A stretch of DNA of 64,000 bases from Alphaproteobacteria bacterium (lineage in GTDB: Bacteria > Pseudomonadota > Alphaproteobacteria > RF32 > CAG-239). Numbering within the stretch: position 1 is the first letter of the stretch; each line of letters opens with the position of its first letter. Where the stretch lies: assembly GCA_017460085.1 (NCBI GenBank), contig JAFUBQ010000009.1, positions 6,237-70,236 on the forward strand, given 5' to 3'. Positions 1 through 9,943 of the stretch are shown piece by piece. The notes beneath the pieces are model-generated. The model searched no databases. It worked only from the letters and a program-made list of their open reading frames with translations, and was not told where the DNA came from. The translations under genes were made by a program, and so were the position numbers.

Positions 1-246
1 GATTTAACCGAAGGTGTAACCATCAAATATGGAGCCTTTATCAATACAGTTATCAGCTTTATTATTGTTGCTTTTGCCGTATTTATTTTGATTAAGGCCA
101 TTAATACATTGCAAGCAAAAATGCTTAAAGCTGAAGCAGATGCCGCCGCTGCAGCCGCTCCGACAACCAAAAAATGTCCGTATTGCCGCAGTGAAATTGA
201 TATAGAAGCAACACGTTGCCCGCATTGCACTTCTGAAATTAAGTAA
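1..246 (+). CDS. mscL: Large-conductance mechanosensitive channel, C-terminal part (5' truncated by window), with C-terminal CxxC..CxxC tail
   Basis: Manual frame +1 translation: [28 protein letters not shown]...[25 protein letters not shown], matching the MscL TM2 motif; not in ORF track. Confidence 0.9.
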   Translation, partial: DLTEGVTIKYGAFINTVISFIIVAFAVFILIKAINTLQAKMLKAEADAAAAAAPTTKKCPYCRSEIDIEATRCPHCTSEIK

Positions 247-263
247 TATTGCGAAACATACAT

Positions 264-304
264 AAAAAAACAGCCGCCGAAAAAATTCCGACGGCTGTTT
301 TTTT
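264..304. terminator. Bidirectional intrinsic terminator
   Basis: A-tract, CAGCCGCCG...CCGACGGCTG hairpin, T-tract between convergent genes. Confidence 0.75.
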
Positions 305-519
305 CATTTACGAATGTAAGCAGATAACCACAAGAGGCAATACAAAACGGCTCCACCTGCCAAATATGGCAAAGTTTCCAACAGTAATGTCGCGTCAACT
401 TTGGCTCCGCCTAAGCGTTGCAGCCCAACATATATGAGCCCCATAGCCCATATCCAAAATGCCAATACTAAAACATTTTTCAGAATGTTTTTGACTGTTA
501 ATGTAAATTTTTTTTTCAT
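304..519 (-). CDS. Small membrane protein, two predicted TM helices
   Basis: ORF 304..585; likely start MKKKFTL at 519; two hydrophobic stretches. Confidence 0.55.
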   Translation of the reverse strand: MKKKFTLTVKNILKNVLVLAFWIWAMGLIYVGLQRLGGAKVDATLLLETLPYLAGGAVLYCLLWLSAYIRK

Positions 520-729
520 ATATACTAATTTTTTAATAATATTATACGATGCTTTAATATATGACAATAAGATACCTTTTGTCAAGTTATTTCATTAAAA
601 AAATGCATTTTGCCAAGTATATAAAATTATGCAATTTTTTGTTAGCAATGCGCTTATAATAATTGTGATATGGCACTTCAAGGATATAATAAAGGAGATA
701 AAAAAAATAAAACAACAGTGTAGAACAAA

Positions 730-1404
730 ATGAACATTGAAGAAAATATTTTTAAGCAGGCCAAAATAAATTTTAATAAAATTGCAGAATATGGTTTTAA
801 AAAACTGGATTCTGAGTGGATATTCAAAAAAAACTTTATGAATGAACAATTTCAAGCTGTTATACGTATCGATAAAATTGGTAAAATATCAGGTAATGTA
901 TATGAAACCGACAGTAAAGATATATACTTTCCGCTCAGAGTAGAAAGTATGGAAGCAGGTTTTGCCGGTTCTGTTCGCGCCGAATATAAAAAAATTTTAG
1001 AAGACATAAAAAATAAGTGCTGCCATATCAACTATTTTATCAGCTCGCAGAGCAATCGGTTAGTGCAGAAAATATATGATAGTTATGGTGATAATCCTTG
1101 TTTTCCGTGGGATAAATATGCCGATTACGGCGTGTTTAAAAATTCAGAAAATAACAAATGGTATGCTTTAATTATGACAATTGATTTTATCAAAATTGAT
1201 AAAAAATATACCGGAACCATAGAAGTAGTAAATCTTAAACTAAGCCAAGATAAAATTCCGATTCTTGCGTCACGAGCAGGATTTTATCCGGCATATCATA
1301 TGAACAAAAAAAACTGGATAACCATAGTCTTAAATGATACGATAACAGATAATGAGCTGTTTGAATTACTTGATGAAAGCTATGCTTTCACACTAAAAAA
1401 ATAA
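730..1404 (+). CDS. MmcQ/YjbR family DNA-binding protein
   Basis: PWDKY..Y.VF...NKWYALIM, NLK, PAYHMNKKNWITI motifs. Confidence 0.85.
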   Translation: MNIEENIFKQAKINFNKIAEYGFKKLDSEWIFKKNFMNEQFQAVIRIDKIGKISGNVYETDSKDIYFPLRVESMEAGFAGSVRAEYKKILEDIKNKCCHINYFISSQSNRLVQKIYDSYGDNPCFPWDKYADYGVFKNSENNKWYALIMTIDFIKIDKKYTGTIEVVNLKLSQDKIPILASRAGFYPAYHMNKKNWITIVLNDTITDNELFELLDESYAFTLKK

Positions 1405-1532
1405 AAACCTAATAATAAATGAAGTATAATGCGCATTTTAAATAAAATTCTTCTTTTTTTTCTTTTCAAGTAAAAAAAAATGTGTGGACATTTGCGTTAA
1501 ATCAGTTAGAACTATCATTAAGGAGAAAATAT

Positions 1533-2192
1533 ATGTTTAATATGAAATTTTCAATGTTTTCCGGCACACGTGAGCTGGAACAAAAAATTGATGAAATGCA
1601 TGATAAAGTGCTTGAAAGTTCGCTCTATTTTAAAGAAGCGTTTGAAATTTATTTGAAAGAAAAACGCAGCCAAAACTATCGCCGCGCCAGCAAAAAAATT
1701 AAGAATATTGAAGCAAAAGCCGACGATTTACGCCGTGAAATTGAAAGCCGCCTCTATATTCATAACCTTATTCCTGATTTACGTGCAGATGTGCTGCAAC
1801 TGGTGGAAAATATCGATAAAGTTATCAACGAATTTGATGAAGTTGCTCATAAATTCTATATAGAACAGCCGGAAATTCCGGAAAAATATCAGGCAAAATT
1901 CCGCACACTTGTTACTCAAGTTTGTGAATGCGCGGAAAATATGGTTATTTGTTCTCGCGCTTTTTTCCGCGATTTTGCAACGGTGCGTGACTATTCCCGC
2001 AAAGTATACTTTGCCGAGCATGAAAGCGATAAAACTTGGGCATCATTAAAACAAGACGTGTTTGATTCAGATATGGAGCTGGCCCACAAAATTCAACTCA
2101 GCAGCCTTATCGGCGAAGTTGCCGATGTGGCGGATAAAGCAGAAGATTGTGTTGATGCTGTTCTAATTTTCACTATTAAGCGAGATATTTAA
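1533..2192 (+). CDS. DUF47 family phosphate transport regulator
   Basis: IEAKADDLRREIE and DVADKAED motifs; AGGAG SD before ATG 1533; coupled to PiT gene. Confidence 0.85.
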   Translation: MFNMKFSMFSGTRELEQKIDEMHDKVLESSLYFKEAFEIYLKEKRSQNYRRASKKIKNIEAKADDLRREIESRLYIHNLIPDLRADVLQLVENIDKVINEFDEVAHKFYIEQPEIPEKYQAKFRTLVTQVCECAENMVICSRAFFRDFATVRDYSRKVYFAEHESDKTWASLKQDVFDSDMELAHKIQLSSLIGEVADVADKAEDCVDAVLIFTIKRDI

Positions 2193-3247
2193 TGGATTTG
2201 AGCTATCTGTTCTTTTTAAGCAGCGGTTTGTTTTTAGGTTGGTCACTCGGCGCTAATGATGCCGCAAATATATTTGGGACGGCGGTCGGCTCAAAAATGG
2301 TGCGCTTTCGCACAATTGCCGCCGTTGCCGCCATATTTGTGGTTTTAGGCGCGGTTTTAGGCGGTGCCGGTGCCAGCGAAACGCTAGAAACATTAGGTGC
2401 GGTTAATGCCCTTGCCGGCGCTTTTATGGTAGCCCTATCAGCAGCTTTGGCGGTGTATTTTATTTTGCGAATGGGCATAACCGTTTCCACTTCGCAGGCT
2501 ATTGTCGGCGCAATTATCGGCTGGAACTTATATGCCGGCAAAGAAACAGATTATGAAACTTTGGCGCAAATTTTTGCCACATGGACCATCTGCCCGCTGC
2601 TTTCCGGCATTGTGGCCATTGTTTTATATTTTATATGCAAAAAAATCATCAAATGCTGCGGTATGCATTTGCTTCGCTTAGACCAATTAACTCGTGTTGG
2701 CTTGGTTGTTTCTGCCGCTGTCGGAGCTTATGCTTTGGGTGCCAATAATATTGCCAATGTGGTGGGAGTGTTTGTACCAAGTTCGCCGTTTAAGCCACTG
2801 AATTTAGGCTCGGTTTATACCTTAAGCTCTGTTCAGGTGCTGTTTTTGCTTGGTGCGCTCTCTGTTGCTGCCGGTATTATGACATATTCTAAAAAGGTGA
2901 TTATGAAATTAGGCAACAATTTAATGCGAATGTCACCAATGTTGGCCCTTATTGTGGTCTTGTCGCAAGCCATTGTATTGCTGCTGTTTTCTTCCGTAAC
3001 TTTGCACTATTGGCTGGAAAACCACAATTTGCCGGCGTTACCGTTAGTTCCGGTTTCCAGCACACAAGCTGTTATCGGCGCTATTATCGGTATTGGTTTA
3101 GCCAAAGGCGGTCGCAATATTGATTGGCACACCATCGGTAAAATTGTTACCGGTTGGATAACAGCACCTCTTTTAGCAATGATAATCTGTTTTATCAGCT
3201 TGTTTTTCCTAGCAAATGTATTCAATCAAACCGTTTATTTACAATAA
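2192..3247 (+). CDS. pit: Inorganic phosphate transporter, PiT family
   Basis: GANDAANIFGT and GANNIANVVG signature motifs; VSTSQAIVGAIIG. Confidence 0.92.
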   Translation: MDLSYLFFLSSGLFLGWSLGANDAANIFGTAVGSKMVRFRTIAAVAAIFVVLGAVLGGAGASETLETLGAVNALAGAFMVALSAALAVYFILRMGITVSTSQAIVGAIIGWNLYAGKETDYETLAQIFATWTICPLLSGIVAIVLYFICKKIIKCCGMHLLRLDQLTRVGLVVSAAVGAYALGANNIANVVGVFVPSSPFKPLNLGSVYTLSSVQVLFLLGALSVAAGIMTYSKKVIMKLGNNLMRMSPMLALIVVLSQAIVLLLFSSVTLHYWLENHNLPALPLVPVSSTQAVIGAIIGIGLAKGGRNIDWHTIGKIVTGWITAPLLAMIICFISLFFLANVFNQTVYLQ

Positions 3248-3367
3248 AGTTAGGCAAACATTTGTTTAAAAACAAGAAAAAATCTTGATTTTAGATTCTT
3301 GCCGTACCATACTGATATTGTTCAAGAGAACTTTTTTAAATATATAAATAAGCGAAAGGACTAAATT

Positions 3368-3526
3368 ATGAAAAAAATTTTATTGATAATCGGTGCAGTA
3401 TTGGTTTTAAATTCTTTAACCGCTTGTATGGGTGTTCGTGGTCATGACGGCAGCGGCAGAGTGTGCGAAAATGATTATTTTTTAGGCATTTCTTTAATTG
3501 AAGCAGTATCTCCTTGCAGCCGCTAA
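3368..3526 (+). CDS. Small lipoprotein, 52 aa (below ORF-track cutoff)
   Basis: MKKILLIIGAVLVLNSLTA-C lipobox; GAAAGGA SD; followed by terminator. Confidence 0.75.
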   Translation: MKKILLIIGAVLVLNSLTACMGVRGHDGSGRVCENDYFLGISLIEAVSPCSR

Positions 3527-3545
3527 TTTAATGAGTGAAAAAAGT

Positions 3546-3584
3546 AACAGGCTGAAATAAAAATTTATTTCAACCTGTTTTTTT
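3546..3584. terminator. Bidirectional terminator between small lipoprotein and recR
   Basis: AACAGGCTGAAATAA...TTATTTCAACCTGTT hairpin plus T-tract. Confidence 0.7.
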
Positions 3585-3594
3585 ATTTATGAAT

Positions 3595-4188
3595 TTAAAG
3601 TTCTTTACGAGCAGATAGCGCTAATTGAATTGTTCCGTCATCCATATAGTCAAGCTCTGCGCCCATTGGAATACCTTGTGCCAAAGTTGTTACTTTAACA
3701 GATTGTTCCTTCAGCCGATTTAGCAAATAATGTGCTGTAATTTGCCCGTCTATTGTGGCAGGCAGTGCCAAAATTACTTCTTTAATATTTCCGGTTTGTA
3801 TGCGTTGAAACAATCCTTCAATGTGCAAATCTTCCGGTGTAATGCCGTCAAGTGCTGAAAGAATGCCGCCTAAAACATGATATTGGCCTTTATATAAACC
3901 AACACGCTCCATAGCCCACAAATCTGCCACGTCTTGCACCACGCAAACAGTTTCGACATCACGCGATAAATCACGGCAAATGCTGCATATATCTTGCGTA
4001 TCAAAGTTTCCGCAAATAGGACATTTTTTGATATTATCCGCAACATCTTGCAGCGCCGTAATTAAAGGTAACAGCGTGGTTTCCTTTTTTTTGAGCAAAT
4101 GTAAAACAATACGCCTTGCCGACCGTGTTCCCAAAGCCGGCAGCTTGGCAATAATCTTAGTTAATTTATCTATTTCGCTACTTTGCAC
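3595..4188 (-). CDS. recR: Recombination mediator RecR
   Basis: LPALGTRSARRI, C4 zinc finger CPICGNFDTQDICSIC, Toprim, GIPMGAELDY. Confidence 0.97.
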   Translation of the reverse strand: MQSSEIDKLTKIIAKLPALGTRSARRIVLHLLKKKETTLLPLITALQDVADNIKKCPICGNFDTQDICSICRDLSRDVETVCVVQDVADLWAMERVGLYKGQYHVLGGILSALDGITPEDLHIEGLFQRIQTGNIKEVILALPATIDGQITAHYLLNRLKEQSVKVTTLAQGIPMGAELDYMDDGTIQLALSARKEL

Positions 4189-4197
4189 TTTTTACAC

Positions 4198-4512
4198 CTA
4201 AAACGGCAATTTTAAACCGCCGAGACCAATGCCGCCGGTTGCTTCTTTCATACCTTCTTCCATCATAGCATCAATTTTTTGATGTGCATCATTATATGCT
4301 GCCAAAATTAAGTCTTCCAGCATTTCAGCATCATCTAAAGCTGTTTTATCAATGTTGATACTTTGCATCTCCGACTTTCCATTCAGCACAACTTTTACCA
4401 AGCCGCCGCCGCTGGTTCCCTCACGAACTTCTTGACCTAGTTTAGCTTGAGTTTCTTGCATTTTGCGTTGCATTTGCTGTGCTTGTTTCATAATTCCTTG
4501 AATGTTTAACAT
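4198..4512 (-). CDS. ybaB: YbaB/EbfC nucleoid-associated protein
   Basis: MKQAQQMQ, GTSGGGLVKV, EMLEDLILAAYNDA; start at MLNIQG. Confidence 0.95.
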   Translation of the reverse strand: MLNIQGIMKQAQQMQRKMQETQAKLGQEVREGTSGGGLVKVVLNGKSEMQSINIDKTALDDAEMLEDLILAAYNDAHQKIDAMMEEGMKEATGGIGLGGLKLPF

Positions 4513-4516
4513 ATAT

Positions 4517-6196
4517 TTATTCCTCTTCATCATTATCATAAACAATTTCAGGCGCTGAAAAATCAACTATTTCATTTTCATCTGCCTCATCAACGGCGCG
4601 CCGAATGATTGTTTCAATTCTAGCACCGTTAAATTCACTAAGTATAGCGCGAACAAGCGGATATTCAGAGATATTTTTCTTATCTCCGCTGATTTTTTGC
4701 CGTTCTTTATCTGCCAACGTTTCACCCAGCGGCTCATAATCAATATCAACTTTCCAATGCTGTGCGGTTTCTGCTTCTAAAAAATGTTTCAACCGCGCCA
4801 CTAAATCTTTATCCGTATTTATATCAACCGCCAAATGTATTTTACCGTTGGAAAATTCTTTAAATGTTAGCTTATGCATAACATCAAACTGCAGCAACGG
4901 TTGCTTTTTGGCAATCATTAATTTAAGCATGTCATCGGTAGAATCCAAGATAACGGCATCACTGTTTTCTGCTAAATCAACAGCCGCAGCAACTCCGCCA
5001 TCTGTTTGCACAGCACTATGATTACTTATTGTGGATTTTTTTTTTAATTCCTTCAGCAAATCTGCAGGACTAGGAAGCGAGGCTGAATATGCAATACGCA
5101 TCAATATCATCTCCAGCGCATCTATTTGTATGTTGGCATATTGTATTTCACTCAAACCTTTAATCAACATCTGCCAAATTTTAGAAAGAATGCTGATTGG
5201 AACGGCGCTGAGTTTTTTGCACATTTCTCGGTCATTTTCGCTAACCGAAGCATCATTCACAAAATCCGGCAAAATAATAACCTTTGCCAATAAATGCGTA
5301 ATATCAATCATATCCTGCAAAACGAGCATCGGTGTTGCGCCGTTAGTATATTGTTGCTCTAAAAGCTGCAGCGTTGCGGCAATATCACCTTCCAACAATT
5401 TTTCATACAAAGCAAAAGTTTGCTGCCGGTCAGCTAGACCCAGCATATTTTTAACCGCATTCACAGCAACTTCGCCATTACCCAGCACAATTGCCTGATC
5501 TAACATTGAAAGTCCGTCACGCGCCGAACCGTCTGCTGCCCGTGCTACCAAACGCAATGCTTCATCTTCAAAGTTAACTTTTTCAGCTTGCAGAACTTTT
5601 CTAAACAACGTCATCAGCGTTTCAATACTCAATCGCTCTAAATCAAAACGTTGGCAGCGCGATAATATGGTAACCGGAACTTTGCGAATTTCCGTAGTGG
5701 CAAAAATAAACTTAACATGTGCCGGCGGTTCTTCCAAAGTTTTCAGCAATGCATTAAACGCACTTTTTGAAAGCATATGCACTTCATCAATAATATAAAC
5801 TTTATAACGCGCACTCACCGGTTTATAGCGCACACCGTCCAAAATTTCGCGCATATCATCAACACCGGTTTTTGAGGCAGCATCAAGCTCTATAACATCA
5901 ATATGCCTGTCTTCGGCAATAGCTCTGCAATTTTCGCATTCGCCGCAAGGGTGAATAGTCGGACCGCCCTGCCCGTCTGTGCCAATGCAATTTATGGCTC
6001 TGGCAATCAGCCGTGCTGTTGTCGTTTTGCCCACGCCTCGAATACCTGTTAAAATATAGGCATGGTGCAAACGATTATTTTGTATGGCGTTTGTCAGTGT
6101 TTGCACTAAGGCATCTTGTCCCAACAAATCTTCAAATTTTTGCGGACGATATTTGCGTGCCAGCGCTACATATTGATTATTATTTTCTTCTGCCAT
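4517..6196 (-). CDS. dnaX: DNA polymerase III subunit gamma/tau
   Basis: ALARKYRPQKF, GIRGVGKTT, IDEVHMLS, SRC motif; start at MAEENN. Confidence 0.98.
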   Translation of the reverse strand: MAEENNNQYVALARKYRPQKFEDLLGQDALVQTLTNAIQNNRLHHAYILTGIRGVGKTTTARLIARAINCIGTDGQGGPTIHPCGECENCRAIAEDRHIDVIELDAASKTGVDDMREILDGVRYKPVSARYKVYIIDEVHMLSKSAFNALLKTLEEPPAHVKFIFATTEIRKVPVTILSRCQRFDLERLSIETLMTLFRKVLQAEKVNFEDEALRLVARAADGSARDGLSMLDQAIVLGNGEVAVNAVKNMLGLADRQQTFALYEKLLEGDIAATLQLLEQQYTNGATPMLVLQDMIDITHLLAKVIILPDFVNDASVSENDREMCKKLSAVPISILSKIWQMLIKGLSEIQYANIQIDALEMILMRIAYSASLPSPADLLKELKKKSTISNHSAVQTDGGVAAAVDLAENSDAVILDSTDDMLKLMIAKKQPLLQFDVMHKLTFKEFSNGKIHLAVDINTDKDLVARLKHFLEAETAQHWKVDIDYEPLGETLADKERQKISGDKKNISEYPLVRAILSEFNGARIETIIRRAVDEADENEIVDFSAPEIVYDNDEEE

Positions 6197-6223
6197 TTTT
6201 TTATTTTTCACTCTAAATTTTGA

Positions 6224-6314
6224 GGCGAAGGGACTTAGACCTTATTCTGACCGTTACGGCTGCTTCCTTCCGAACCTGACCGAGTTGGCGGCTTCATAAT
6301 CCTAAGCCCTTCAT
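6224..6314 (-). ncRNA. ffs: SRP RNA (4.5S)
   Basis: Minus strand CGGTCAGGTTCGGAAGGAAGCAGCC helix-8 motif closed by GAAGGG/CCCTTC stem; canonical position upstream of dnaX. Confidence 0.95.
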
Positions 6315-6366
6315 AACTGTTCAATATATTGTGCAAATTATGCTCTTTTGCAAGCAAAATTTTCAC

Positions 6367-7677
6367 TTATTGCACGATATTTAACACTGAACGCAATGTT
6401 TCCGGACTTTTACCGTAAATTTGTGGCATAGTCATATATGCACTGTTTGCCGACCAATTTTCATCATAAGCACTGTTGGTGTAAAACTGCTGCATAGCAG
6501 CTTCTATCAGCTGTGGCCCTTCAGATGTAACTTTTACCACATCTAAACCATGCTCATTAAACCCATTCGGCAAAATGCGGAAAAGTCCGCTCATTCCGCT
6601 GAATCCTTGCGAACGCACAATTTGTTCCGCTAATTCATCTTTATCGCTTTGAGTTAAAAACGAGGCCATCGCCACCGCGTCATAAGCATAAATGCTCAAG
6701 CTGTTCGGACGACTGCCGAATAGTTCATTATATTTGGCGGTAAATTGTTCAATTCGTGACAGCGGCATCAGCGGATACACCGCGCCATAAAGCTCTGTTT
6801 CTTTGCTTAAGCCGGTATTAGCCCAAACCGAAGTTCCCATAAATAAAACATCAGGAGCGGCAACATCATAATAACTGAACATACTGGTAATAGCTTTCAG
6901 CCGATTACCCGACTCCGGAATTAGCAGTGCATCAAAGCCTAAATCTCCGCCGGAGCGTGAAGCTGTCATCTGCGTAACTAGGCTGGTAAAATCCATCGCT
7001 GATGGAGCATAAAAACCGGCTTTTGTTACTTCAACCCCATATTTTTGCGCCGCTGCCAATACCGATTTAAACATATTTAGGCCGCTTGAATTATCCGGCA
7101 GCACCACCGCCAAACGTCGGCGATTGTGGTCTGCTGCATAGCGAACAATGCGCTTAATTTGTTCATCATTCAGCAAACCAATGCTATAAACGCCTTCTTG
7201 TAAAACGCTCGGCGATGTTGAAAATGAAACAACCGGCACACCATGTGAACGCGTTTCGGCGCTAATAGCGGAAACCTCCTCGGCTTTAAGCGGACCTAAA
7301 ATTAAATTGCTTTTAGCATTAAGAGCGTTTTCCAAAGCCACCCGCGCGCCGCTTCCGGTTCCTCTGGTATCATAAAATTGCACCACTAAATTGTTATTAT
7401 TAATATCACCGATAGCCATCATTGCCGCGTTTTTCATATCTTGACCAATTGCGGCGTCTGCCCCGCTGAGCGGCAACAACATAGCCACACGCAAACTGTT
7501 TGTGTGCCCCAAATCTACCTGTGAATAGTCTGTAGAGCTCACCGCCGGCACATTGGCGTTATATGAAGATGAATAGCGCTGTCCCCAATATGTCTGCGAG
7601 TTGGAATTCTGCCAAAAACTGCATCCGCATATCAGTCCGCACAACAAAATGATGTTTATTTTTTTTAGCACTTGCAA
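6367..7677 (-). CDS. Penicillin-binding protein activator (LpoA/LppC-like) lipoprotein
   Basis: Lipobox ICG-C; VAMLLPLSG, ILGPL, AYDA motifs; divergent from rsmI-yraN. Confidence 0.85.
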   Translation of the reverse strand: MQVLKKINIILLCGLICGCSFWQNSNSQTYWGQRYSSSYNANVPAVSSTDYSQVDLGHTNSLRVAMLLPLSGADAAIGQDMKNAAMMAIGDINNNNLVVQFYDTRGTGSGARVALENALNAKSNLILGPLKAEEVSAISAETRSHGVPVVSFSTSPSVLQEGVYSIGLLNDEQIKRIVRYAADHNRRRLAVVLPDNSSGLNMFKSVLAAAQKYGVEVTKAGFYAPSAMDFTSLVTQMTASRSGGDLGFDALLIPESGNRLKAITSMFSYYDVAAPDVLFMGTSVWANTGLSKETELYGAVYPLMPLSRIEQFTAKYNELFGSRPNSLSIYAYDAVAMASFLTQSDKDELAEQIVRSQGFSGMSGLFRILPNGFNEHGLDVVKVTSEGPQLIEAAMQQFYTNSAYDENWSANSAYMTMPQIYGKSPETLRSVLNIVQ

Positions 7678-7747
7678 TTTTCCTCAAAATATAAAATATT
7701 AAAGATAAATTAATGTATAATGTATTTTAAATTTTGTAAAGTTAAAG

Positions 7748-8596
7748 TTGCAAGAAATGTTAAGAAACGGTTTATATATTATTGCCACGCCAATCGGAAA
7801 TCTGCAGGATATTTCCGCACGCGGGCTGGATATTTTGCGTCAGGCTGAAATAGTTGCCTGTGAAGATTCGCGGGTAACAAAAAAACTTTTTTCGCTTTTG
7901 GGAATATCGCTCAATAAAAAATTTATTGCCTACGAAGACCATCAGGAAGAAAGCCGCGCACAAATGTTAATAGATTTAATTAGCGAAGGCAACGCAGTAG
8001 CTTTGGTCAGCGATGCCGGCTCACCGCTTATTTCCGACCCCGGTTATAAACTGGTTCGTTTGTGCCGCCGGCAAAATATATATGTTACCGCTGTTCCCGG
8101 TGCCTGCGCCGTCATTACGGCCTTGCAGCTTTCGGGACTGCCGAGCAACCGTTTTATGTTTGCCGGATTTATTCCCAACAAAGATAAAGCTAAGCGTGAT
8201 TTGTTCAATGAGCTGGCAGCGCTAAACTCTACGCTGATTTTCTATGAAACGGCACCGCGCTTGCTTAATAGCCTGCAAACAGCTGCAGAAATATTTAATG
8301 AACGTGAAGCAGCGGTTGTGCGCGAAATGACCAAGATGTATGAAGAAACGGTTTGCGGCAAATTTTCTGAGCTTATTGAATATTTCAGCACCAATGAACC
8401 GCGCGGTGAATTTGTGCTGCTGATAGCACCGCCGACAGCGCCGCAGCAGCCGTCGCTTACGGATATTAAACCGCAATTACGCCAACTTTTATTGCAAACT
8501 TCGCTAAAATCGGCGGTTAAAGAAATTTGTGAACAACATAATTTAAACAAGAATGATGTCTATGCTTTGGCCTTGGAACTTAAAAACGAATTATAG
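7748..8596 (+). CDS. rsmI: 16S rRNA C1402 2'-O-methyltransferase
   Basis: LYIIATPIGNLQDIS, ACEDSR, VSDAGSPLISDPG, REMTKMYEE. Confidence 0.96.
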   Translation: MQEMLRNGLYIIATPIGNLQDISARGLDILRQAEIVACEDSRVTKKLFSLLGISLNKKFIAYEDHQEESRAQMLIDLISEGNAVALVSDAGSPLISDPGYKLVRLCRRQNIYVTAVPGACAVITALQLSGLPSNRFMFAGFIPNKDKAKRDLFNELAALNSTLIFYETAPRLLNSLQTAAEIFNEREAAVVREMTKMYEETVCGKFSELIEYFSTNEPRGEFVLLIAPPTAPQQPSLTDIKPQLRQLLLQTSLKSAVKEICEQHNLNKNDVYALALELKNEL

Positions 8597-8939
8597 CCGC
8601 GGGAAATGGGCGGAATTTTTGGCGCGCAGCTACTTACGTCTGCACGGCTACCGCATTTTGGCACGCAACTATGTGCATTTGCGCGGTGCTTATGCCGGCG
8701 AAGTAGATATTATAGCCTGTCGGCACCATACCATTGTTTTTGTTGAGGTTAAACAGCGGCACAAAATGGAAAATGCGCTTTATGCCATTACCCCAAAACA
8801 GCAGCAACGCATTATGAATATGGCGCAAAACTATATGCGTATTCACCCCGAATTTTCCGGCTATGATATGCGCTTTGATGCGGTTTTTATATGCTTGCCG
8901 CTCACAATTAAACATCTTCCTAACGCATGGACCTTATAA
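8553..8939 (+). CDS. yraN: YraN family endonuclease-like protein (true start probably downstream)
   Basis: G..AE..A..YL...GY.ILARN, GEVDII, FVEVKQR, RFDAV. Confidence 0.92.
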   Translation: MMSMLWPWNLKTNYSRGKWAEFLARSYLRLHGYRILARNYVHLRGAYAGEVDIIACRHHTIVFVEVKQRHKMENALYAITPKQQQRIMNMAQNYMRIHPEFSGYDMRFDAVFICLPLTIKHLPNAWTL

Positions 8940-8976
8940 AGTTATTTTGCACTGAAAAAATAAACTACAAGACCTT

Positions 8977-9762
8977 CTACAGCCCGCTGTAATACGCCAA
9001 GCGTTGACCGAATGTTTGCGGATAGTTATTAACGGCAATATTGCTGTTGATTAAATTCGTATCATAATCCGTTTCAGTGCGGATTTTGTAGCGCAAACTG
9101 ATGCCGCTGCCTGCCGTATAAGGATTTTCGGGCAGAAAGTTTTTAACCTTGACAAACGGCAGCGGAAAATCTTCCAACAAAACGTCCGGTGACTTTAAGA
9201 TGTTTTTTTGCCGATAGTTGCGGATATAGCTGTTACCGATAAAACCTTCGGAAGTTAAAAGCGGTGTCAGCTCAAATTCGCAATTTTTAACGTCGTAATA
9301 GAACGATATTGTTTTCCAAAAGTTCCGAAATCTTTCGTTGCGAACAACCGCCGAATTAAACACCATAAAATAGCTGTTAAGATGAAAATTATATTGATAA
9401 TCGGAAGTAATACTCCAAAAATCGTAACCGCGGCGTTCCATTTCTAAAAACACACTGTTTAAATCGCATAACGGACCATAAATGCTGTCATTACACAAAA
9501 TCAGCTCATCATATTCGGCAATTTTATCCCAACCCAGCTGCTCAATTAAATAACGCCAAGAACCAAAATCACGCAAATCATGGCGTTTAGAATAAAACAT
9601 TTTGGTATATGGCGCAATTTTAAACAGCTCATCCGGCGGAATATTACCATTAGCCATATAATAAACATCACTGATTTTTGCTAATTCTTTTATCAGATAA
9701 ACCACATAATCTTGAATTTTATCACCCTTATCATAGCCGGCAAACAAGCAAATTCGACGCAT
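8977..9762 (-). CDS. Rhamnan synthesis F-like (RgpF-related) protein
   Basis: CLFAGYD...IQDYVVYLIKEL, DFGSW, LILCNDSIYGP, HLNSYF motifs. Confidence 0.75.
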   Translation of the reverse strand: MRRICLFAGYDKGDKIQDYVVYLIKELAKISDVYYMANGNIPPDELFKIAPYTKMFYSKRHDLRDFGSWRYLIEQLGWDKIAEYDELILCNDSIYGPLCDLNSVFLEMERRGYDFWSITSDYQYNFHLNSYFMVFNSAVVRNERFRNFWKTISFYYDVKNCEFELTPLLTSEGFIGNSYIRNYRQKNILKSPDVLLEDFPLPFVKVKNFLPENPYTAGSGISLRYKIRTETDYDTNLINSNIAVNNYPQTFGQRLAYYSGL

Positions 9763-9943
9763 TTTTCTATATCCTTTCAGTTTATATTGCTCTAAATATG
9801 CTTTGCCGGCAGCTTTTAAAGAGCATTAGCAGAAATATTTTTTTACCCTCAAAGAAAAGGAAAAAGAGTATAAAACATAAATAGTGCTTGCACGCTAGAT
9901 AAAAAAAACATAAAATTCAAACAACTTGTTTGAGGAGAAAAAA

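Noticed and set aside
4513-4566. Apparent ybaB/dnaX overlap
   Set aside because: Artefact of the longest-ORF start; the likely ybaB start is 4512
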